Positions 21,450 through 29,828 of a stretch of DNA of 38,465 bases are shown here, in pieces. The notes under the pieces are model-generated. The model did no database searches. It was given only the letters and a program-made list of their open reading frames with translations, and was not told the origin of the DNA. Each line of letters begins with the position of its first letter. Position 1 is the first letter of the stretch. The translations under genes and the position numbers were made by a program. Origin of the DNA: a virus; the IMG/VR virus record IMGVR_UViG_3300018080_000066. One strand, written 5' to 3'.

Positions 21450-23907
21450 GCACCGCCAGGCCCGGAAGCGGTGCAAGGCGGCCCGCGCCAATCTCGAGGC
21501 GGCCGCCGGTTTCTCGCACAACTCGCGGATCGCCGACAGCGAGCCGGACTGGGGCGACGTGGACAAGACGCGCCTGCCCAGGGCCGCCCACGCCGACCGG
21601 GGGGAAGCGGACAAAAAATCCACCTGGAAGTACCCGCATCACTGGGTCGAGGGCGGCGGGGACCTCGACGAGCACGGCGTCTACACCTCCGGGACGATGT
21701 ACCTGCATCGGGGGGGCCTCGCCGCCGCCTGGGCCGCTGCCCAGGGCGCCCGCAGCGGCGAGAAGGCCTCACAGGAGGTCATCGACCACCTGGCCGCCCA
21801 CCGCAAGGCCCTGGGCCTGGAGGAGGACGCCGAAGCCGCCGCGCGGACGGAACTGACGCTCCAGGGCACGGTCACGTTGACCGGGGCCGAGGGCAAAGAG
21901 GACCGGCCGCCCCGAATCAAGATCGTCGCTTACAACGGCGGCGTCATCGAGCCGGAGACATGGCCCGGCCCCGTCGTCGTCCACCTGGACGGCCTGGTGT
22001 ACGCCCGCGGCAAACCGCTGCCGATTCTCGCGGACCACGACCCCCAGCGGCCGCTAGGCCACGGGACGCCGGCGGTGCGGGAGAGCAGGCTGGAGATCGA
22101 TGGGCTGGTTTCCATGCCCCGCCGCAAGGCCCTGGTGCAGGATTTTTTGGAAAGCAGCCAAGCGGGGTTTCCGTGGCAGGCGTCCATCGGCGCCCGCCCG
22201 ACCACCATCGCCTACCACGAGGAGGGATCGAGTTTTGAGGCCAACGGCCAGACGTTCGAGGCCGGCCCCGAAGGCCTGTACGAGATTCAGGCGGCCGCCC
22301 TGCGGGAGATTTCCATCCTGACCATCGGGGCGGACGACGGGACGAGCGTTTCCGTGGCGGCCAAGGCCGCCGTGAACCATCGAAAGGAGCAATCAATGGA
22401 TTTCGATACGTGGGTCAAGGCACAAGGCAAGGACCCCGCCGCCCTCACCGACGAGCAGCGGCGGGAACTGAAGTCGCAGTTCGAGGCCGAGCAGAAAGCC
22501 AGCCCCCCGGCCCCCCCGGCAGACCCATCGCCCGGTGGCCAGACCCGCCTGCCGGCCGGCGGGCAGGGTCAGGACAACCCGGACGACATTCGCGCCCGGG
22601 CCGTCGCCGAGGAACGGCGGCGGATCGCCGACATCGAGGTCGCCTGCAAGGATATGCCGGCCGGGATCGAGTCGGCCGATCTAAAGGCCAAGGCGGTGGC
22701 CGGCGAGATGACGCCCGATGCGCTGCGGCAGGCCCTGCTGGACCGGATGAAGGCCGGGCGGGCGGAGGCGCCGGCCATCGTCACGGCCCGCGGTCCCCAA
22801 GATAACAAGACGCTGGAGGCGGCCCTCTGCCTCGGCTACGGCGTGGGTGATGAGAAAGACCTGCTCGCCTCCTACGGCGAGCAGACCCTCGATACCGCCC
22901 ACAAGTACCGGCGGGTCGGCCTGCGGCGGATCGGCGAGCTGGCCGCCGGCATGGCCGGCGTCGAGCTGCCCCTGTCGGTCGACGACCAGTGGATTCGGGC
23001 CGCCTTCTCGACGACCAGCCTGCCGGGGATCGTCGGCAACGTCGCCAACAAGGCCCTGGCCCGGGCCTTCGACGCCGCCCCGCAGATCGCCCCACAGATC
23101 GCCCGGGCCGTCAGCCACGTCAACTTCCACACCCACACGGTCTACAGCCTGGCCCTGTCGGGCGATCTGGAGGAGGTCGGGCCGACCGGCGAGCTGAAGC
23201 ACCTGAACATATCGGAGGAGAACTGGACCCGGCAGGTGAAGACGCGCGGGGCGCTTCTCTCGATCAGCCGGACCGACGTCGTCAACGACGAGATCGGCGC
23301 CTTCGTCGACAACGCGTTGCGTCTCGGCCGGAAAGGCGCCGTGAAGCGCGAGAAGGTCGTGTTCGCCCTGCTGAACGGCACCGGCGCCGGCGCCTCGTTC
23401 TTCACCGCAGCCCGCGGGAACTACCAGGAAGGGGCGGACACCGCCCTCGGCATCGACTCGCTCTCGGCGGCCGTCCATCTCTTCCGCGTCCAGACGGGCC
23501 CGGACGGCGAGATCGTGGGCATCGAACCCGCCATTCTGCTGGTGCCGGCGGCCCTGGAACCGACCGCCGCCTCTCTGGTGGGCCAGACGCAGGCCATCGT
23601 GGTCACCGGCGCGACCAGCTCGCGGAAGGTGGAGCCGAACGTGAATCCGTGGTCCGGGCGGTTCTCGCCTCTGGCGAGCGGCCAGCTGGACGGAACCTCG
23701 CAGAAGGCGTGGTATCTGCTGGCCGACCCAAACGACGTGCCCGCCGTCGAGATCGCGTACCTCAACGGCCAGCAGCAGCCGACCATCGAGTACTTCGGTC
23801 TCGACCAGGACGCCTCGACGCTCGGCGTCTCCTGGCGAGTCTACTACGACTTCGGCGCCGCCCTGGCCGAGTACCGGGCCGGCGTGAAGTCCAAGGGCGA
23901 GGCATAG
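21436..23907 (+). CDS. Single-ORF fusion: prohead protease + scaffold-like coiled coil + major capsid protein
   Basis: Uninterrupted frame. Protease-like region (ILADHD...PLGHG...WQASIGA), then a Glu/Gln/Ala-rich coiled segment, then a Mu gpT/HK97-fold-like capsid domain (...TRGALLSISRTDVVNDEIGAF...). GTG 21436 lies 5 nt after GGAGGAGA. Confidence 0.8.
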   Translation: MANRKHRQARKRCKAARANLEAAAGFSHNSRIADSEPDWGDVDKTRLPRAAHADRGEADKKSTWKYPHHWVEGGGDLDEHGVYTSGTMYLHRGGLAAAWAAAQGARSGEKASQEVIDHLAAHRKALGLEEDAEAAARTELTLQGTVTLTGAEGKEDRPPRIKIVAYNGGVIEPETWPGPVVVHLDGLVYARGKPLPILADHDPQRPLGHGTPAVRESRLEIDGLVSMPRRKALVQDFLESSQAGFPWQASIGARPTTIAYHEEGSSFEANGQTFEAGPEGLYEIQAAALREISILTIGADDGTSVSVAAKAAVNHRKEQSMDFDTWVKAQGKDPAALTDEQRRELKSQFEAEQKASPPAPPADPSPGGQTRLPAGGQGQDNPDDIRARAVAEERRRIADIEVACKDMPAGIESADLKAKAVAGEMTPDALRQALLDRMKAGRAEAPAIVTARGPQDNKTLEAALCLGYGVGDEKDLLASYGEQTLDTAHKYRRVGLRRIGELAAGMAGVELPLSVDDQWIRAAFSTTSLPGIVGNVANKALARAFDAAPQIAPQIARAVSHVNFHTHTVYSLALSGDLEEVGPTGELKHLNISEENWTRQVKTRGALLSISRTDVVNDEIGAFVDNALRLGRKGAVKREKVVFALLNGTGAGASFFTAARGNYQEGADTALGIDSLSAAVHLFRVQTGPDGEIVGIEPAILLVPAALEPTAASLVGQTQAIVVTGATSSRKVEPNVNPWSGRFSPLASGQLDGTSQKAWYLLADPNDVPAVEIAYLNGQQQPTIEYFGLDQDASTLGVSWRVYYDFGAALAEYRAGVKSKGEA
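22396..23907 (+). CDS. Nested in-frame internal start giving scaffold+capsid without the protease (putative)
   Basis: GAAAGGAGCAATCA-ATG at 22382-22398 is in frame with the long ORF. This is the same SD flavour used by other genes here. Confidence 0.45.
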   Translation: MDFDTWVKAQGKDPAALTDEQRRELKSQFEAEQKASPPAPPADPSPGGQTRLPAGGQGQDNPDDIRARAVAEERRRIADIEVACKDMPAGIESADLKAKAVAGEMTPDALRQALLDRMKAGRAEAPAIVTARGPQDNKTLEAALCLGYGVGDEKDLLASYGEQTLDTAHKYRRVGLRRIGELAAGMAGVELPLSVDDQWIRAAFSTTSLPGIVGNVANKALARAFDAAPQIAPQIARAVSHVNFHTHTVYSLALSGDLEEVGPTGELKHLNISEENWTRQVKTRGALLSISRTDVVNDEIGAFVDNALRLGRKGAVKREKVVFALLNGTGAGASFFTAARGNYQEGADTALGIDSLSAAVHLFRVQTGPDGEIVGIEPAILLVPAALEPTAASLVGQTQAIVVTGATSSRKVEPNVNPWSGRFSPLASGQLDGTSQKAWYLLADPNDVPAVEIAYLNGQQQPTIEYFGLDQDASTLGVSWRVYYDFGAALAEYRAGVKSKGEA

Positions 23908-23991
23908 GCTCTGTAAGGGCTGAACAGACGGGGTCCGTTGCCTGAGGAGGGCCGCGCCCCGGAACGGAACGTATAGAAGAAGGAGAATGCC

Positions 23992-24684
23992 ATGCAGGCC
24001 ACTTTCGTGCAGGAAGGCCGGACCATCGACTACACGCCGGGGGCGGACGTGACCGGCGGGGACGTCGTGGTGCAGAACAACATGATCGGCGTCGCCTCAC
24101 GGGACATCGCGGCGAACGCGCTCGGCGCGCTCGCCGTCGAGGGAGTCGTGCGGCTGCCGAAGGCGGCCGCCACGGCGATCAACGCCGGAGTCCAGACCTA
24201 CTGGGACGCCGACGGCGATCCGAACGGCGGCGAGGCGGGCAGTGGCTGCGCGACGACCACGAGCACCGGCAACGTCTACGCCGGCCTGGCCGTGAAGGAC
24301 GCCGCCTCCGACGACACGACGGTCGACGTGAAACTGATGACGGCCGCCTACCTCGACAACCCGTTCAGCGCAGGGATCGCCGACCCCGGCGACGCGGGCG
24401 CCATCCCCGTCACCCAGAGTGGGCACGTCTCGCTCGTGACCGCCGCCGCCGAGACGCGGACCCTGGCCGACCCGACGTTCGCTGGCCAGGTGCTCGCCCT
24501 CGCGTTCAAGACCGACGGCGGCGACTGCGTCGTTACGGCGGCCAACGGCGTCAACCAGACCGGCAACAACACGCTGACGTTCGCCGACGCGGGAGACCTG
24601 ATCACGCTCCAGGCCATCGAGCTCGGGGCGAATCTCAGGTGGCGCGCGATGGCCAACGACGGCGTCGCGCTGAGCACCGTCTGA
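23992..24684 (+). CDS. Head decoration protein (DUF2190-like N-domain) with an extra C-terminal domain of about 110 aa
   Basis: MQATFVQEGRTIDYTPGADVTGGDVVVQNNMIGVASRDIAANALGALAVEGVVRLPK is the classic DUF2190 pattern. AAGGAG lies upstream. Confidence 0.78.
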   Translation: MQATFVQEGRTIDYTPGADVTGGDVVVQNNMIGVASRDIAANALGALAVEGVVRLPKAAATAINAGVQTYWDADGDPNGGEAGSGCATTTSTGNVYAGLAVKDAASDDTTVDVKLMTAAYLDNPFSAGIADPGDAGAIPVTQSGHVSLVTAAAETRTLADPTFAGQVLALAFKTDGGDCVVTAANGVNQTGNNTLTFADAGDLITLQAIELGANLRWRAMANDGVALSTV

Positions 24685-24780
24685 CGCTGACGGCGCTCCG
24701 GCAACTGGGCGGTGACGGTCATCGCGCCGCGTCCGCCCAGGGCCGGTACGTGCAACACGAAACCCTAAGGAGACCCGCGA

Positions 24781-25116
24781 ATGGCTACTCTGACCCCCGT
24801 CGCACCGGCCCGCGCGGCCAACCAGTTCGCCGGCCAGGCGGCCGCAGCCGGCGGCGACGACTTCGTGAACGACGGCAAGAAGGTGCTCGTCATCGAGAAC
24901 GACGACGTCGACAGCATGGACCTTACGATCACGACCACCAAGACGGTCGACGGCGAGGCCGTGGCGGACAAGACCATCACGATCCCGGCCGGCGAGCGGC
25001 ACCTCATCGGTCCGTTCCCCCCGGAGGTCTACAATGACGGCGACGGAAAGGTCGCGCTCGCCTACACGGACGAGACGAGCGTGACCGTCGCCCTCGCCGA
25101 CTGCGCGGCCGTGTAA
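24781..25116 (+). CDS. Hypothetical head-module protein, tandem paralog A (111 aa)
   Basis: Own SD (AAGGAGA). About 75-80% aa identity by eye to paralog B. Confidence 0.7.
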   Translation: MATLTPVAPARAANQFAGQAAAAGGDDFVNDGKKVLVIENDDVDSMDLTITTTKTVDGEAVADKTITIPAGERHLIGPFPPEVYNDGDGKVALAYTDETSVTVALADCAAV

Positions 25117-25167
25117 CGCCAGCGGGCGCCCCGGCGGCCCTGAACACCGAATCTGAGGAGATACCAG

Positions 25168-25509
25168 ATGGCTACTCTGACCCCCGTCGCCCCGGCCCGC
25201 GCGGCCAACCAGTTCGCCGGCCAGGCGGCCGCCGCCGGCGGCGACGACTTCGTGAACGACGGCGAGAAAGTGCTCGTCATCGAGCACACCAACGGCGCCG
25301 GCTCGGACGTGGACCTCACGATCACCACCACCAAGATGGTCGACGGTGAGGACGTGGACGACAAGGTCATCACCATCCCCGCCGGCGAGCGGCACCTCAT
25401 CGGCCCGTTCCCGCCGCAGGTCTACAACGATGGCGACGGGAAGGTCGCCCTCGCCTATTCAAGCGAGACCGACATCGAGGTCGCCCTCGCCGACTGCGCC
25501 GGCGTGTAA
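25168..25509 (+). CDS. Hypothetical head-module protein, tandem paralog B (113 aa)
   Basis: Own SD (GAGGAGA). Its first 117 nt differ from paralog A at only 4 positions. Confidence 0.7.
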   Translation: MATLTPVAPARAANQFAGQAAAAGGDDFVNDGEKVLVIEHTNGAGSDVDLTITTTKMVDGEDVDDKVITIPAGERHLIGPFPPQVYNDGDGKVALAYSSETDIEVALADCAGV

Positions 25510-25511
25510 CC

Positions 25512-25889
25512 ATGACGGACGCCCTTGAGCGAGGAGTCGCTTGGCTGCACGGGAAGCGGAAGGCGCACCTGAGCCGGACGGTCACCTACGAGCGGGAGGG
25601 GCGGTCGGTCGAGGTGGCCGCCACGATCGGCCGGAAGGCCTACGAGGTGGCCGACGCCTACGGGGCGTCGGTGTGGGTGGAGTCGACGGACTTCATCGTG
25701 ACGGCCACCGACCTGGTCATCGCCGGCGTCCGGACGCTTCCAGAGGCGGGCGACCGCATCCACCTGGCGGCCAGCGAGGAGGAACGGGTCTTCGAGGTCA
25801 TGGCGCCGGGCGCCAGCATGAGCCACTACGCCGCCGCCGACCCTTACCGGACGGCCTGGCGGATTCACACCAGACACGTGGAGGGGTGA
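25512..25889 (+). CDS. Head-tail adaptor/connector candidate
   Basis: 125-aa ORF in the position of head-completion genes. The pattern ...STDFIVTATDL...PEAGDRI... is common in such proteins. Confidence 0.5.
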   Translation: MTDALERGVAWLHGKRKAHLSRTVTYEREGRSVEVAATIGRKAYEVADAYGASVWVESTDFIVTATDLVIAGVRTLPEAGDRIHLAASEEERVFEVMAPGASMSHYAAADPYRTAWRIHTRHVEG

Positions 25890-26143
25890 TGGATCCCAGC
25901 GAACAGTACGAGCAGGTCTGCCGCGGCGAGTTCGCGGAAATCAAGCAGACGCTTTGCCATATCGACAAAGCGCTGCGCGGCCACGAGAACACGCCCGGCA
26001 TCATGGAGCGGATTCGTCTGCTTGAGCGGGCCGAGCGACGACGGAGCCACGCGGTATGGGCGGTGATCACGGCGGCCGCGGGGGCGGTGGTGCTGACCCT
26101 CGTCAACGCTATCGTCGGGCTCGTCCAGGCAAGCGGAGGATGA
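25889..26143 (+). CDS. Small protein with a C-terminal TM helix
   Basis: Internal ATG 25889 overlaps the previous stop by 1 nt. Hydrophobic C-terminus AVWAVITAAAGAVVLTLVNAIVGLV. Confidence 0.5.
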   Translation: MDPSEQYEQVCRGEFAEIKQTLCHIDKALRGHENTPGIMERIRLLERAERRRSHAVWAVITAAAGAVVLTLVNAIVGLVQASGG

Positions 26144-26144
26144 C

Positions 26145-26579
26145 ATGAGTCTGTTGGCCGACACCGCAGCGGCCGTCGCCGACGCCCTGAATGGGCACGA
26201 TTTCGGCGAGCCGCTGACGGCGGTTCGCGGCTACCTGCCCGAATACAAACTCGCCGACCTGGACCGGCTCCACGTGACGGTCGTGCCGGGGAACATGGAG
26301 GAGACCCCGCTCGACCGGTCGGCGACTTTGCTTTCGCCGCAGGTCCAGGTGGCCGTCCAGAGGCGGATGGACCCGGTCGACGTGGCCGCGGGCGATGCGC
26401 TGATGGACCTCGCGGAGAACATCGCGGGCGCCTTGCGCGGCCGGCGATTGAGCCTGGCGGACGGTTCGACGGCCGAATGGGAGTCGGCCGAGTGGTCGAC
26501 GCCCTACGCCCCGGAGGAACTGAAGAGCCGGCGCCTGTTCGTGGCGGTGCTGACGCTTCGATACAAGGTGGTGCAATGA
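26145..26579 (+). CDS. Neck/tail-completion candidate (144 aa)
   Basis: Position between head and tail genes; tightly packed with its neighbours. Confidence 0.5.
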   Translation: MSLLADTAAAVADALNGHDFGEPLTAVRGYLPEYKLADLDRLHVTVVPGNMEETPLDRSATLLSPQVQVAVQRRMDPVDVAAGDALMDLAENIAGALRGRRLSLADGSTAEWESAEWSTPYAPEELKSRRLFVAVLTLRYKVVQ

Positions 26580-26836
26580 ACAACGTCCTGATGCGGAAGA
26601 TCGTCGTGACGGGCGACTTTGCGGCTCTGGCGTCCGAGGAGACGGTTGCGACGGTGGAGATTTCCTGCCCGCCGGACAACGCCGGCAGCGTCACGTTCCA
26701 ATCGCTCGACGACACCGGCGAGGAGGTGCCCTGGCAACCCGGCGAATGGCATCCATTTGACCGCGTCAACTTGGCGTCCGTCCAGGTGAAGGGCACGCCA
26801 GGCGACGTGGTGACGGTGGTGGGAAGGAGCGCCTGA
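26576..26836 (+). CDS. Hypothetical small beta-rich protein (86 aa)
   Basis: The ATG overlaps the previous stop (ATGA). Confidence 0.5.
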   Translation: MNNVLMRKIVVTGDFAALASEETVATVEISCPPDNAGSVTFQSLDDTGEEVPWQPGEWHPFDRVNLASVQVKGTPGDVVTVVGRSA

Positions 26837-26840
26837 CCTT

Positions 26841-28586
26841 ATGGGTTATCGCAATACCTTTGGACAGTTCATCGACCCCGCCGAGATGGCCGACGATGCC
26901 GCGTGGCTCGCCGACGGGCCGCCGGCCCACCACTGGTACCACGAGGTCCGGCACTTCGACGCCTTCGCCGACCACGCGGACTACACCGGCACCAACGCCA
27001 CATTGACCACCGAGACGGACAGGGACTGCTGGAAGTACGGCACGGCCGCCGTGCGCATCACGCCGAGCGGCGCCGCGGCGCTGCAACTCAAGCAGAGCGC
27101 CGACCTCTCGCCCGTCTGGAACGTCAGAGATTCACACGTCCTCGTCAGTTTTTACGTCCACGAGGGGACCGAAGGCGAGGCGGACCATTGGACGAATCTC
27201 AACAGCGTAGTGCTCTACCTCTATTGTCCGGATTGGAACAACCGACTGAGGCTGACGCTCTACAGCAGCGAGGATTGGAAACGTCCCGGTTGGCACCTCA
27301 TGGCCGTCCCGATCAACGCCGGGCTCCAGGGCGAGGGCAGCCCGGACCTGAGTGACGTGCGCCTAACCCTTTTTACGGCCTCTCAGGCCGACCTCGGCGG
27401 GGGCGCCTACGGCGAGGCCGTCGTGACGGTGGACTACATCGGCGTGCTGGAACCGCCGCCGCTGGCCTTCGCCACCATCGTGTTCGACACGGCCCGCAAA
27501 CTTCAGTACGACGCCGCCGCCTACTGCGCGGCGCGAGGATTGCCCTCCACCATCATGACGTGCGAATGGTGCATGGAGAACGCTATGGGGCTGAGCGGCA
27601 ACGACGTGGACCCGATGAGCGAGGCCCAACTCAAACAACTCATCAAGACGGGGTTCGTCGGCGCGGGCAACTATCCGCGCAACGATGGCATCCCGTGGAA
27701 GGCCCGGTCGGACGCCGAGCGGCTGGCGGCGCTCCAAGAAAACGGCCGCTACCTCCGCACTCTCGGCGCCGGAAAGTGGGCGAGGTTTTTCAGTCCGCCG
27801 GGCGGTGCGGGAGACGGCCTCTCTTGGTCGGACGAGGACGAGCGGGACCTCTACGGTCGCTATCTCGACGGCACGCTCGTCGTCACGTTCCCGTTCGGCG
27901 CAGCTGATCGTCTCCACGGTCTCCTGCCCTACGGCCGCTATTGCTCGTCCAGCCCCAATACCTACACCTGGGCGGAGATCGTCGAGTTCGCTTGCGAGTC
28001 GCGGGCGCAGATCGGTTTGTTCAGCCACATGGAGGACGCGGCGGAATTGGCGGCGTTCAAGGGCAAGGTGGACGCGCTGCTCGCGGCGCAGCAGGCCGGG
28101 CGGCTGCTGGTCGTGGACCCGGTCGACCTTTATACGGGAGCGGTCGAGATTCCGCAAACGGCCCCCGGCCGGACCGTGACCATCAGTCAGAAAATCGACC
28201 ACGCGGACATTACGGACAACGGAGACGCCACCGGCTACTACGACTTCGAGCAGACCATTCCGGCGGACGCCAAGGTGTTGAGCGTGCGGCGCGATATCGC
28301 CGAGGCGTTCAAGGATACCGTCGGCGCAAATACTAAAGTGAATGTCATGTTGGGCGACGGGACCGACGACGACCGCTGGGATAAGACGGTCGATCCCGGC
28401 GACGACCTGTGGAACTCGACGGCCGACGCAGCGTGGGATTTCTCGTCCTTCCAGGGGACCGTCGTCACCAGTGCCCGCAAGCGACCGCGCGCGACCTTCA
28501 CGACCGACTCGGATATGACCGACCTCGTCAGCGGCGCCGGGGCGCAGGGGACGATGACCGTATATGTGACGTACCGGAGACTGTAA
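26841..28586 (+). CDS. Large virion-module protein: jelly-roll/CBM-like N-domain plus a degenerate polysaccharide-deacetylase (NodB)-like middle domain (tentative)
   Basis: 581-aa ORF. IVFDTA...LPSTIMT...MSEAQLKQLIKTGF...FSHMED resembles the CE4 layout, but the DD and HxxxH metal motifs are not intact. Confidence 0.6.
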   Translation: MGYRNTFGQFIDPAEMADDAAWLADGPPAHHWYHEVRHFDAFADHADYTGTNATLTTETDRDCWKYGTAAVRITPSGAAALQLKQSADLSPVWNVRDSHVLVSFYVHEGTEGEADHWTNLNSVVLYLYCPDWNNRLRLTLYSSEDWKRPGWHLMAVPINAGLQGEGSPDLSDVRLTLFTASQADLGGGAYGEAVVTVDYIGVLEPPPLAFATIVFDTARKLQYDAAAYCAARGLPSTIMTCEWCMENAMGLSGNDVDPMSEAQLKQLIKTGFVGAGNYPRNDGIPWKARSDAERLAALQENGRYLRTLGAGKWARFFSPPGGAGDGLSWSDEDERDLYGRYLDGTLVVTFPFGAADRLHGLLPYGRYCSSSPNTYTWAEIVEFACESRAQIGLFSHMEDAAELAAFKGKVDALLAAQQAGRLLVVDPVDLYTGAVEIPQTAPGRTVTISQKIDHADITDNGDATGYYDFEQTIPADAKVLSVRRDIAEAFKDTVGANTKVNVMLGDGTDDDRWDKTVDPGDDLWNSTADAAWDFSSFQGTVVTSARKRPRATFTTDSDMTDLVSGAGAQGTMTVYVTYRRL

Positions 28587-28837
28587 CCGCCGGAACTGCC
28601 GCCGTAGAGGGCAGACAATCGAGTAACGGAGTGAAAGCCGAACGTGACGAACCTCATCGCCAGTCCGGCCAACGTCGTGGACGATGATATGGACTGGTAA
28701 CCGGGCGACGCGCCTGGCCAAGACAACCGAAAGTAGCAGGGAAGCCGGCCGTGCGGGGCCGCACCCTCGTCCGGTCGGCTTGTCTTTACCGAAAACCCAG
28801 GAAACGTAAGTAGCGGAGCGCAAAAAGGAGATACGCC

Positions 28838-29287
28838 ATGCCCCCGAACGTAAGACGCGGCATCGACGCCGCACTGTACCGAAACCTCGGCACCTATGCC
28901 TCGCCCAACTGGAGCGAGGTCGGTAACCTGCGCGACGTGACGCTGAACATGGAGAAGGACGACGCCGACGCCACCACGCGGGCGAACGACGGATGGAGCG
29001 CCAGCGTCGGGACGCTGAAGAGCGGGTCCATCGACGGCCAGCTCACCGTCAAGCGGACCGCCGACGAGCACTTCGAGGCCTTCCGCGACTCGTACTTCAA
29101 CTCGACGCCCATCGAGCTGCTCGTCCTGAACGGACCCATCGACGAGGTGGGCGTTCGCGGCCTGCGCGGCACGTTCGAGGCCATGTCGTTTACCGAGAAC
29201 CAGCCCATGGGCGACATCCAGACGGCCGACGTGACGCTGAACATCGCCCCCTCGGACCACGCGCCCGAAGAGTACGAGGTCGTTTGA
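28838..29287 (+). CDS. Major tail (tube) protein
   Basis: 149-aa ORF with a strong SD (AAAGGAGA), upstream of the chaperone pair. The pattern ...W.EVGNLRDVTLNMEKDDADATTR... is typical of siphovirus tube proteins. Confidence 0.72.
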   Translation: MPPNVRRGIDAALYRNLGTYASPNWSEVGNLRDVTLNMEKDDADATTRANDGWSASVGTLKSGSIDGQLTVKRTADEHFEAFRDSYFNSTPIELLVLNGPIDEVGVRGLRGTFEAMSFTENQPMGDIQTADVTLNIAPSDHAPEEYEVV

Positions 29288-29354
29288 CGGCCGCAAGCCT
29301 CAAGCCGCAAGCATCAAGGCTTGGAGCATGGAGCTTGTAGCCTGGAGCGGAAAC

Positions 29355-29828
29355 ATGGCTACCTTCGCCGACGCCGCCGGACGCGAGTGGGTCGTCGACA
29401 TCGACGTCGCCGCCCTCCGCCGGGTGCGGAAGCGACTGGATCTGAACCTCATGGACGCCATCGGCGGCGAGACGCTCGGGCGGCTCGCCGACGACCCGGT
29501 CCTGCTGGTGGACGTGCTGTACGTCCTCTGCCAGGAGCAGGCCGAGCGCGACGGCATCTCGGACGAGGCGTTTGGGCGGGCCATGCGGGGCGACGCGCTG
29601 GATGCGGCCGCGGGGGCCTTCCTCGAGGCCCTGGCGGATTTTTGCCCGAGCCGGAAGGCGGCGCTGCTGCGGAAACTCGTCGCGAAGGGCGAGGAGGCCC
29701 AGGAGACGATTCTGGCGCGGGCGGAGACGATGCTGGCGAGCGGGGAGATCGACCGGATGCTCAATTCACCCTCGCCGAGGCCGTCGACCGGCTCGCCGGA
29801 CTCTGCGGCGTCGACCCCGGCCCGCTGA
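29355..29828 (+). CDS. Tail assembly chaperone (gpG-like)
   Basis: Position after the tube gene. ATG 29355 lies 7 nt after GGAG. The C-terminal 20 aa are low complexity, while the -1 frame becomes protein-like. Confidence 0.6.
   Translation: MATFADAAGREWVVDIDVAALRRVRKRLDLNLMDAIGGETLGRLADDPVLLVDVLYVLCQEQAERDGISDEAFGRAMRGDALDAAAGAFLEALADFCPSRKAALLRKLVAKGEEAQETILARAETMLASGEIDRMLNSPSPRPSTGSPDSAASTPAR

Noticed and set aside
24781-25284. A diversity-generating retroelement (TR/VR pair). Three of the four mismatches in the near-identical 117 nt have A in copy A.
   Set aside because: No reverse transcriptase or accessory gene exists anywhere in the window. There are only four differences (one in the opposite direction). 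The region is N-terminal rather than a C-terminal variable domain. Both copies are complete genes with their own SD.
24097-25395. 432-aa minus-strand ORF antisense to the decoration and paralog genes. Similar long antisense ORFs occur at 27363-28874, 31837-33762 and 34777-36225.
   Set aside because: These are GC-driven open frames opposite well-supported structural genes, with repetitive Gly/Arg/Asp/Val content.
29637-29645. GAT-TTT-TGC as the slippery site for the G/GT frameshift.
   Set aside because: It is not an X-XXY-YYZ heptamer in the zero frame. Shifting there would add about 40 residues of Gly/Arg/Asp-rich junk before the protein-like T segment begins.
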